From positions 1 to 22,837 of the forward strand of contig JAZDIV010000070.1 in the NCBI GenBank assembly GCA_043804695.1: a stretch of DNA of 22,837 bases, given 5' to 3'. Made by a program: the position numbers and the translations under genes. Below are positions 15,505-22,837 of this stretch, one piece after another. The notes under the pieces were generated by a model. The model was given only the letters and a program-made list of their open reading frames with translations. It was not told where the DNA came from and did no database searches. Numbering within the stretch: the first letter of the stretch is position 1; each line of letters begins with the position of its first letter. The stretch is from PVC group bacterium. Lineage in GTDB: Bacteria > Auribacterota > Erginobacteria > Erginobacterales > Erginobacteraceae.

Positions 15505-17298
15505 ATGGAAAATTTAATCCGTAACTTCTGTATCATCGCCCATATTGATCACGGCAAATCCACCCTGGCCGACCGTTTCCTGGAGATCACGGAAACGATC
15601 AAGCCCCGCGATTTCCGGGACCAGGTGCTTGATGACATGGACCTGGAACGGGAGCGGGGGATCACCATCAAGTCGCACCCCGTTCAGATGAAGTACCGGT
15701 CGGGCGGACAGGGGGACTACACGCTCCACCTGATCGACACCCCGGGCCACGTGGATTTCTCCTACGAGGTGTCGAGAAGCCTCTCCGCCTGCGAGGGGGC
15801 GATCCTCCTGGTCGATGCCGCCCAGGGGGTGCAGGCCCAGACGGTGGCCAACTTCTACCTGGCCCTCGAGCAGGGTCTGGAAATCATACCGGTCCTGAAC
15901 AAGATCGACCTTCCGAACGCAGATGTCCCCCGGTGTGTGCGGCAGCTGAAAGATCTGGCCGGTTTTACCGAGGAGGAAATCTTCCCGATCAGCGCCAAGA
16001 CCGGTGCCGGGGTGAGCGGGCTTCTCAGGAAAGTGGTCGAAGCGGTTCCCCCGCCCCCCGGCCGGGTTGATCACCCGCTGCAGGCGTTGATATTCGATTC
16101 CGTTTACAATTTGTTCCGGGGGGTGATTGTTTATGTCCGACTCATGAATGGCCGGCTGGCGGCGGGGGAAAAGGTCCTCCTCATGAACAGCGGGAGGGAG
16201 TACGAGGTCCAGGAAGTCGGGGTCTTCCGCCCGGCGATGGAGGCGGCGGGGGAACTCAGGTCGGGCGAGGTGGGGTATATCATCGCCAATATCAAGGAGC
16301 CCTCCGAGGTCATGATCGGGGACACCCTGACGTCCTCGACCCAGCCGTGCACGAAACCTCTCCCCGGGTTCAAGGAACTGCGCCCCCTGGTCTTCAGCGG
16401 GCTCTATCCGGTCAACAGCGCCGATTACGAGGAACTGAAGACCGCCCTCCTGAAACTTCATCTCAACGACCCGTCCTTTGTCTACCAGCCGGAGAACTCC
16501 CAGGCGCTGGGTTTCGGTTTCCGCTGCGGCTTTTTAGGGCTGCTCCACATGGACATCGTCAATGAGCGCCTCCAGCGGGAGTACGGCCTCAGTCTGGTGA
16601 TGACCACTCCCAGTGTTGTTTACCGGGTAACGACCACCGACGGCCGGGAGACGATCCTTGACAACCCGATGCTTCTCCCGGAGAAAAACCTGATCGTGGA
16701 GATCCGGGAACCGTTTATCCGGGCTTTCATCATCACCCCCAACGACCATATCGGCCAGATCATGCAGCTGGCCCAGGATCGGCGGGGCGAGTGCACCGCC
16801 ACCGAGAGTCTGGGCCTCAACAGCGTCATCCTGACCTTCGAGCTCCCTTTGAATGAGGTGGTGATCGACTTCCACGACCTGATCAAGTCGATGACCCACG
16901 GCTACGGCTCTCTCGACTACGAGTATGTCGGTTATCGGCCGAGCTCCCTGGTGAAGCTGGAGATCCTGCTCAACCAGGAACCGGTGGACGCTTTCTCGAG
17001 CCTGGTGCACCGGGAAAAGGCCCGGGCCCGCGGTCTGAAGCTGGTGGAGCGGTTGAAGGAAGTGATCCCGCGCCACATGTTCAGGATAGCGATCCAGGCG
17101 TCTGCCGACGGGCAGGTGATCGCGCGGGAGACGATCAAGCCCTTCCGGAAGGATGTGACCGCCAAACTCTACGGCGGGGACCGCACCCGGAAGGACAAGC
17201 TCCTGAAAAAGCAGAAGGCCGGGAAGAAGAAGATGAAGATGGTGGGCCAGGTCCAGGTCCCGCAGAAAGCGTTTATTGAGGTGTTGAAGCTGGGCTGA
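15505..17298 (+). CDS. lepA: Elongation factor 4 (LepA)
   Basis: IRNFCIIAHIDHGKSTLADR, RERGITIK, DTPGHVDFSYEVSRSL, NKID, GFRCGFLGLLH, YGGD..RK.KLL.KQKAGKKKMK. Confidence 0.99.
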   Translation: MENLIRNFCIIAHIDHGKSTLADRFLEITETIKPRDFRDQVLDDMDLERERGITIKSHPVQMKYRSGGQGDYTLHLIDTPGHVDFSYEVSRSLSACEGAILLVDAAQGVQAQTVANFYLALEQGLEIIPVLNKIDLPNADVPRCVRQLKDLAGFTEEEIFPISAKTGAGVSGLLRKVVEAVPPPPGRVDHPLQALIFDSVYNLFRGVIVYVRLMNGRLAAGEKVLLMNSGREYEVQEVGVFRPAMEAAGELRSGEVGYIIANIKEPSEVMIGDTLTSSTQPCTKPLPGFKELRPLVFSGLYPVNSADYEELKTALLKLHLNDPSFVYQPENSQALGFGFRCGFLGLLHMDIVNERLQREYGLSLVMTTPSVVYRVTTTDGRETILDNPMLLPEKNLIVEIREPFIRAFIITPNDHIGQIMQLAQDRRGECTATESLGLNSVILTFELPLNEVVIDFHDLIKSMTHGYGSLDYEYVGYRPSSLVKLEILLNQEPVDAFSSLVHREKARARGLKLVERLKEVIPRHMFRIAIQASADGQVIARETIKPFRKDVTAKLYGGDRTRKDKLLKKQKAGKKKMKMVGQVQVPQKAFIEVLKLG

Positions 17299-17442
17299 AT
17301 GACAGGAGAATGACGAAACCCGAATGAAGAATGACGAAAGATCGGAGAAACCCGAATGAAGAATGACGAAAAAACGCCCCCGCCCGAATAAGAATGGCGC
17401 GAGGGATTTTTTCGGATTTCGTCATTCGGATTTCGAAATTCA
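17297..17442. repeat. GAATGAC/GAAACCC repeat arms with inverted partner between convergent genes
   Basis: gaaacccgaatgaagaatgacgaaa occurs twice; the inverted arm is ttcggatttcgtcattcggatttcg. Confidence 0.75.
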
Positions 17443-17505
17443 TTTGATAAGACTTCTGAAGAGGGCAGTCTGACTAAAAACTCAGCCGGGAAGAGAAGCC
17501 GCGGT

Positions 17506-18342
17506 TTATGGAATGTGGGCCTTGGTGAGCTTCTTCAGCATTCTCCAGACCTGGTTCTGCTCGGAACATCCGAGGAGCTTTTTCCGGGCATCCGCGGCGC
17601 TGAGCGATTCGATCAGACCGGCCAGCAGGGTGAGATAGAAGGCGCTGGAAGCGATCGGGATAACGATGAAGAAGATGATCTTGGTGAGCCGGTTTTTCGG
17701 GGCTCCGAATGGGATCCCCTGCTTTTTCAAGCCGAGGGCGACGGTCAGAGAACCGGTGTCAATGCCGCGGACATGCGGGAAGGCGAGCGAATGCTCGACG
17801 GCGGTGCTGACGATGACTTCTCTCTCCAGGGCCCGGTCGATCAGCATCTGGGGATCGCTGAAGTAGAGCTGGTCCGCCATCAACTGAGCCAGTTCGGTGA
17901 TGGCTTCTTTTTTGTCCCGGGCCTGCAGCCGGGGGATCATCAATTTTTCCGAGGAGAATCGTTCAATCCCCAGGCGGGGCAGGCTCCGCTGGAGCGTGTC
18001 GTCGCGGATGGTCAGGCGCCCCGGCTCGAAGGGATAGAGATAGCGGGCGCAGTTGGGGCAGTGTATCAGCTCATCCATGTGCGGCAGCTCCGCGCAGAGG
18101 GAAGTCGGCAGGTCGATCCCGCAGCCGCAGCAGGTTTCATTCATCACCGGGGCGGCGGCCGGGGGGGTGCGGGACTGTAGTTCCTGGAAAAAGTCCGCGG
18201 TGTCGGGGGGGAGCCTGGTGAGGAGAGAGGCAATCGCAGATTCCAGCGTTTTCAGGTTCTTGCCGTCCCTCGTGACCAGCTGCTCTTCTCTGGCAAAGTA
18301 CAGTTGCTGGAGCTGAATGAGGCGGTTGTAGAGTTCTCTCAT
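17506..18342 (-). CDS. Fusion of coiled-coil/C4 zinc-ribbon domain and PTS EIIA (Fru/Ntr-type) domain
   Basis: Start re-assigned to ATG 18342. CCGC...CPNCAR zinc ribbon, then KKEAITELA...EREVIVSTAV..SLAFPHVR (phospho-His) EIIA motifs. Confidence 0.85.
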   Translation of the reverse strand: MRELYNRLIQLQQLYFAREEQLVTRDGKNLKTLESAIASLLTRLPPDTADFFQELQSRTPPAAAPVMNETCCGCGIDLPTSLCAELPHMDELIHCPNCARYLYPFEPGRLTIRDDTLQRSLPRLGIERFSSEKLMIPRLQARDKKEAITELAQLMADQLYFSDPQMLIDRALEREVIVSTAVEHSLAFPHVRGIDTGSLTVALGLKKQGIPFGAPKNRLTKIIFFIVIPIASSAFYLTLLAGLIESLSAADARKKLLGCSEQNQVWRMLKKLTKAHIP

Positions 18343-18484
18343 GATAAAATTTTTGCTGCGCAAAAATTTTAGCTGGACACCATACTGTTTCGATACGGTA
18401 CTATGAATCCGCAATTTACATTGCTTTACTATAGAGTATCCCACAGCTGACCACAAGAAATTTTTAATTATTGTCAGGGAGAAA

Positions 18485-20020
18485 ATGATGAAGGAGAAGA
18501 AAGGTTCATTCGGGAAAAAGATCATTGCCGGCGTGGTGATCGTGATTGTCCTGCTGCTCGGCGCGGGTGCGGCGGGTGTTCTCTATCTCAATTACTACGT
18601 TAACACCCCCGAGTTCCTGGAGAAGATTCGCTCGGAGGCACAGAAACAATCGGGGGTTGATCTCAAGCTGGGCTCGTTATCGGCTTCCATCTTCAAAGGA
18701 TTCGTGGTTACCGGGATTGTCGTCAGTTCTCCGGTTGAGGGAGATCCGCCGGTTCTCACCGTTGATGAAGTTACGCTCAAATATAACCTGGGAGACCTCC
18801 TCGGCAAGAAGGTCACCATCGACAGGATCATCATTAACTCCCCCCTGATCAGATTAAAAAGAGACGCGGAAGGCAAATGGATCATTCCGGGAGCGCCAAA
18901 ACAAAAAGAGGAAGCCTCCTCCCGGGGAAAGAAGAAGCCGGAGCCGGAACCAGCGCCGGTGAAGAAAGAGTCTTCCTGGAAGATCTCGATCGAGTCCCTC
19001 CAGGTCCGTGACGGCGCGGCGGAACTGGTGACCGGGAAGGGATACGACCCGGTGAAGATAGAGGAGGTGAACCTCACGGCCCGGGTTCTCCAGTTGACGG
19101 AACCGCGGCAGATCGAAGGTCAGCTCACTGTCGGGGGGATCAGTTTCAAGGGAGATCGGCTGGTCAGCGATCTGCGGGCCGATCTCCAGCTGCAGGGGGA
19201 AAGGGAGATGAAGGCGAAAGTCGAGGCGTCCGTGGCCGACGGCACCGCCACCGGCACCGCCGGTGCGGACCTGAAAAACCATGAGACGATCCCCTATCAC
19301 GCCGAGCTGACCCTGAAAAAGATAGATATCCCTCTCCTGATAAAACCGTTCCGGGGAGATGAGTTGAAGATGGAAATCACGGGGAAGATGTTCGGTAGCT
19401 TCACCGCCCGCGGGGATGTTCAAAAATCCGACGCCCTGGCGGCAGAGGGTGACCTTGATATCAAGGACGGCTCGATCACCGGGAACCCGATCCAGGAACT
19501 GGTCGCCCGTCTGATGAACGACGACGAGCATATCAAGGTCATCGCGTTTGATCAGGCCGATGCCGAGTTCAATCTCGCCCGGCAGGTGGTGACACTGACA
19601 CGGGTGATCATCCGTTCCTATAAGGTGATCTTTACGGTTGGCGGCACCATCGATCTCGAACACGATCAGAAAACTGACCTCCTGGTCGGGCTTAACTTCA
19701 GTGATGACCTGGTCGGGGATATCAAGCCGAAAGAACTCAGGGGGGCATTTACGCCCGCGGCCGATTTTCAGGGGTACCAGGTCTTCACCTTCAAAGTCTG
19801 GGGACCGCCCGACAACCTGCAGAACGACTTTGCCGCCCGGTTCATCCAGGGGGGGGCGTCTTCCTGGCTGAAAGACGAACTTCTGAAGAAAGACCGCAAT
19901 AAGGAAGAGGACCCGAACCTGACCGATGAAGAGCGGGTGAAGAAACAAGATAAACGGGAGAAGAAGGAGCAGGCGATCGATCAGGGGGTGAATACGATCT
20001 TTAAGCTGTTCGATAAATAG
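18485..20020 (+). CDS. AsmA-family (repeating beta-groove) envelope protein
   Basis: N-terminal TM helix, ...IDRIIINSPLIRLKRDAEGKW, long beta-strand-rich body, GDLDIKDGSITG, C-terminal FKVWGPPDNL. Confidence 0.8.
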   Translation: MMKEKKGSFGKKIIAGVVIVIVLLLGAGAAGVLYLNYYVNTPEFLEKIRSEAQKQSGVDLKLGSLSASIFKGFVVTGIVVSSPVEGDPPVLTVDEVTLKYNLGDLLGKKVTIDRIIINSPLIRLKRDAEGKWIIPGAPKQKEEASSRGKKKPEPEPAPVKKESSWKISIESLQVRDGAAELVTGKGYDPVKIEEVNLTARVLQLTEPRQIEGQLTVGGISFKGDRLVSDLRADLQLQGEREMKAKVEASVADGTATGTAGADLKNHETIPYHAELTLKKIDIPLLIKPFRGDELKMEITGKMFGSFTARGDVQKSDALAAEGDLDIKDGSITGNPIQELVARLMNDDEHIKVIAFDQADAEFNLARQVVTLTRVIIRSYKVIFTVGGTIDLEHDQKTDLLVGLNFSDDLVGDIKPKELRGAFTPAADFQGYQVFTFKVWGPPDNLQNDFAARFIQGGASSWLKDELLKKDRNKEEDPNLTDEERVKKQDKREKKEQAIDQGVNTIFKLFDK

Positions 20021-20027
20021 TAGAATA

Positions 20028-20158
20028 GAATATCAGGAGATCAGGGGACCTGGAGGAGGAATACCAGGATATCAGGGGATCAGGTAGGGAGGCCGGCCTC
20101 GCCTGATAACCTGATATCCTGGTATTCTTCCCACTGATACTCTGATAACCTGATATCC
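20028..20158. repeat. Inverted pair of 8-bp repeat arms (GATATCAG)n / (CTGATATC)n
   Basis: gaatatcaggagatcagg...ggatatcaggggatcagg, then cctgataacctgatatcctgg...ctctgataacctgatatcc. Confidence 0.8.
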
Positions 20159-20236
20159 ACTTTAGGGATAATCAACTCATCTATTTAATCCCCGGAATTT
20201 GCCAAAACATAAGGTTAGCGCCGAAGACGCTATGCC

Positions 20237-20437
20237 CCTGCTTCGGAATTTCAATAACTGCATTGTGGGAGGGGTTTTTAACCCCGATTATCGGGCTTGG
20301 AAAACTTGTCCTGTCGAAGACCCTGAGCGTAGTCGAAGGGAGCGAAGTCGAAGGAGCCCTCCCACAGTTGCGAAGCTAAGTTCCTGTTTCGGAATTTCAA
20401 TAATCGGAAAAATCCGATTATTGAACTCCCGAAACAG
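20237..20437. repeat. Composite REP-like cluster with three copies of a 20-21-bp motif at the 3' end of the IS91-like remnant
   Basis: CCTGYTTCGGAATTTCAATAA at 20237-20257 and 20383-20403, with an inverted copy at 20418-20437. A TGTGGGAGGG...CCCTCCCACA REP-like pair (20264-20366) is interrupted by nested CCTGAGCGNAGTCGAAGG units. Confidence 0.7.
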
Positions 20438-21231
20438 TTAGAAAAGCATCATTAAGGTCTTTATAAGTAGGTCCGTAGGATACATCGACTAATTCAAGCA
20501 AGCTATCGCACTGGGGACAGATCAGGGGATCAACGCCGTTTTGAGCGATTCGCCGGCCTCTCCAATTTTGAGGCTGAGGTTTAATAAATCGAGCAGGAGG
20601 CTTTGCCACAATTGCACGGGCTATATCCAGCCCGGTCGCTTGAGATCTGGGCGCAAAAATTCCGTAATAGCGTACCTGGCGAAAATGCTTATCCTCCGGC
20701 GGTAATCAGTAAATGGATATGGGGGTGGAATTTCAGGTCAGCACCGAACGTATGCAGAACTGCAATAATACCGGGAATAAAAGGGTCATCCGCGTATTTT
20801 TTCGCCCATTCGATGACAGAGTGGGCGGCGTGGTATGAAAGAGTGTTGAGAAGAGATCGATTGACCCTGACCAGTTCCCGGAGTTGGTCGGGGATCGTAA
20901 AGACAACGTGGAAATAGGGGACATTGAGGAGACGATTGAGGCTTTCTTTCATCCATTTATCGGTGGCGACCTTGCCGCAGGAAGAGCAGAAACGGCTTTT
21001 GCAACTATGGGGTACACGGAGATTGTAGCCGCAGTTAGGACAGACATAGGTATGATACCCTATGGCTTCTGTTCCGCAGTCAAACAGTTTTTGGATATTT
21101 TCCAGAACAGCCGATTTCATCAATTGGGGGAATTTGAGAACAAACCGGTACCAATTATTGTTGTCTTGAAGGATGAACTTGATTTTATGTGGGCCGGTAA
21201 AAAGTTCCAGAAGGTCGATTATAAAGTATGG
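20418..21231 (-). pseudogene. IS91-family (Y2/HUH rolling-circle) transposase, internally deleted and frameshifted
   Basis: N-part has a zinc-binding region (C..CPNC..HSCKSRFCSSCG), HVVFTIP, LHTFG and the HUH motif HPHIH, with a stop at 20689. Another frame continues DKHFRQVRYYGIFA...DPLICPQC (20693-20418). The central catalytic-Tyr region is missing. Lower GC than the host genes. Confidence 0.85.
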
Positions 21232-21272
21232 TTTTTATCTTATTCAATCACATTCGATCGTCTGTTTAATAA

Positions 21273-21381
21273 AGAGGCCGAGGTAGAGGGCAATTCGTGT
21301 ATATTCGTGTAATTCATGGTTCATTAAAGGGGCCGAGGTAGGGGGGACGTAATCTGTGTTCATCTGTGTAATCTGTGGATT
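21273..21381 (-). repeat. Two junction motifs (CTACCTCGGCC) alternating with ACACAGAT and ACACGAAT repeat arms
   Basis: AGAGGCCGAGGTAG 21273-21286 and AGGGGCCGAGGTAG 21328-21341; attcgtgtatattcgtgtaattcatggt and aatctgtgttcatctgtgtaatctgtggatt. Confidence 0.75.
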
Positions 21382-21417
21382 ATAAAGTCGCCCGAGCGAA
21401 GCGAGGGCTAAGTTCTA

Positions 21418-22329
21418 ATGAATCTATTAAAGCGCATCAAAAAAAACCGGTATGTCACGGAGTTCAGGAGGTACCTGGCCTATCTGATCGCGCTGGCACT
21501 TTTCCGGATGGCCCGTCATCTCACCTGGGAGACGATCGTCTCCTGGGGACGGTCCCTGGGGCGATTCGCGTTCCGCCGGGTAAAATATGGGCGGAAGCTG
21601 ACACTAAATAACCTCACCCGGGTATTCGGGGATGAGATGACGGAGGAGGAAATCGAGCGGATCGCGGAGCGGGTTTACGAGAACATGGGGGTGACCGCGC
21701 TGGAGTTTCCCCGGATGCCCTCGATGACGGATCGCGAGTTCTTTGAGGTAGTCGATTATGATCCGGAAGATGAGGCTCTGCTCCGGGAATTACTGGAGCA
21801 GGGAAAGGGGTCCGTCTATGCCGGCGCCCACATGGGGAACTGGGAGATGCTGGCCGACTTAGGCGCCCGGCTCGGGCTCACCATGTCCGTTCTCTACAAG
21901 CCGTCCACCAACCCGTATCTGAACCGTTTATGGTCCCGGATGCGGGGAAGAAACAAGCTCATCGACATCAACAAAAACCTCGCCCTGGTCACCCGGAGGC
22001 TAAAAGAGAACGAGGGCATCTGCCTCCTCTTCGACGAGAACGCCCGAAGCCGGGGGATCAAGCTTCCCTTCTTCGGGCGTCCCGCCTCCATGTACAAGGG
22101 ACCGGCCTTCTTCGCCCTCCGGACCGGCGCCCCCATCGTCTGCGTCTACTTCATCCGGCAGGAGGACTTCCGGCACCGCTTCATCATCGAACGGGTCATC
22201 TGGCCGAAGAGAACGGGTAACCTGGAAGAGGATATCATCACCATATTGATGGAGCTGAACGAAAGCCTGGAGACGATGATCCGGAAGTACCCGGACCAGT
22301 GGAACTGGATCTACAAGCGCTGGTCCTGA
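21418..22329 (+). CDS. Lipid A biosynthesis lauroyl/myristoyl acyltransferase family (LpxL/HtrB-like)
   Basis: AHMGNWE catalytic motif, LLFDE, PFFGRPA, GPAFFALRTGAPIV, IRKYPDQWNWIYKRW. Confidence 0.9.
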   Translation: MNLLKRIKKNRYVTEFRRYLAYLIALALFRMARHLTWETIVSWGRSLGRFAFRRVKYGRKLTLNNLTRVFGDEMTEEEIERIAERVYENMGVTALEFPRMPSMTDREFFEVVDYDPEDEALLRELLEQGKGSVYAGAHMGNWEMLADLGARLGLTMSVLYKPSTNPYLNRLWSRMRGRNKLIDINKNLALVTRRLKENEGICLLFDENARSRGIKLPFFGRPASMYKGPAFFALRTGAPIVCVYFIRQEDFRHRFIIERVIWPKRTGNLEEDIITILMELNESLETMIRKYPDQWNWIYKRWS

Positions 22330-22837
22330 TAGGCAGTGGGGAGCCCCGACTGAAGTCGGGGTCTCCGCTTCGCTCCGATAGGCAGTGGGCAGTAGTCGGC
22401 CGGCGGCGGCCATCCACTCTCTACTGCCTACTGTCTACTGCCTATTCTGACCCCCGCCTCGGCCCTTTTATTAGCCGCAAAAATGAAGTCCCGAGGAGGC
22501 CGGAACGGCCTCTTTTCGGGAGGCGCAAAAATCGCACAAGTTCCCGCGACGTCGCCCCCCCGATTATTATTAGCACCTGATTTCTCTGATTACTCTGAAT
22601 AGTTCTGTGCGCACCAAGTTCATTTTATAAGATCCGATCGGACTGATCCGTCAGATCGGACAGATCAGTCTGATATCACAGGCCTCACGGGCTTGCCCTG
22701 CCCTTATCCCGTAAAATAAGCTGGTAGGAATCATTCATCTGCTAATGAGAACCCCATACACATTGTTTGCAAGCATGAATAACCTTTCCACAACACCTCA
22801 TGACCGGGTGGTGGATCTTTACCTCGGCCCAGATATC
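22330..22837. repeat. Long intergenic mosaic of repeat arms, mini-hairpins and CCTCGGCCC junctions
   Basis: GGCAGT(A/G) and CTACTGC arms, ccccgact-ga-agtcgggg hairpin, junction 22454-22467, GCGCAAAAA arm with inserted hairpin, CTGATTAC arm, GATCGGAC/GATCCGTC 9-mers, junction 22819-22830. Confidence 0.7.

Noticed and set aside
14467..17076. Minus-strand ORFs of 336, 315 and 180 aa
   Set aside because: Antisense to the unambiguous cysE and lepA.
17297..17442. 25-nt direct repeat pair as a mini-CRISPR
   Set aside because: Only two copies, a spacer of a few nt, and built from heptamer units.
18854..19948. 364-aa minus-strand ORF
   Set aside because: Antisense shadow of the AsmA-like gene.
20689..20700. 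Programmed frameshift joining the two IS91 fragments
   Set aside because: There is no slippery sequence, and the joined product would still lack the central catalytic region; deletion is the simpler explanation.

Overview
GC-rich Gram-negative (diderm) bacterial chromosome segment. The FG-GAP-like tail, zinc-ribbon/PTS-IIA fusion and DUF3352-like lipoprotein suggest a PVC-related or candidate-phylum organism; this is an inference. The genes are mostly housekeeping or envelope functions: partial NAD-dependent epimerase, small secreted Pro/Cys-rich protein, tRNA-Leu(CAA), STAS anti-anti-sigma factor, YgeY/ArgE-like M20 peptidase, DUF3352-like lipoprotein, beta-barrel-like exported protein, S8 protease with six 40-aa repeats, TPR protein, rubrerythrin/ferritin-like protein, cysE, lepA, Zn-ribbon-PTS EIIA, AsmA-like protein and an LpxL/HtrB-type acyltransferase. 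There is also an internally deleted IS91-family (HUH) transposase. Two things stand out. (1) A 1124-aa DHH-superfamily protein has its catalytic motifs split by a ~410-aa insert and ends in three tandem DHHA1-like repeats. (2) The intergenic DNA is highly structured: about a dozen 7-9-bp tandem-repeat families, REP/MITE-like elements nested inside each other, AT-rich perfect palindromes at start/stop codons, and chains of different repeat arms joined at a recurring CTACCTCGGCCC(C/T)TTTA motif, one copy of which lies next to the IS91-like remnant. All calls come from reading motifs; no database searches were run.
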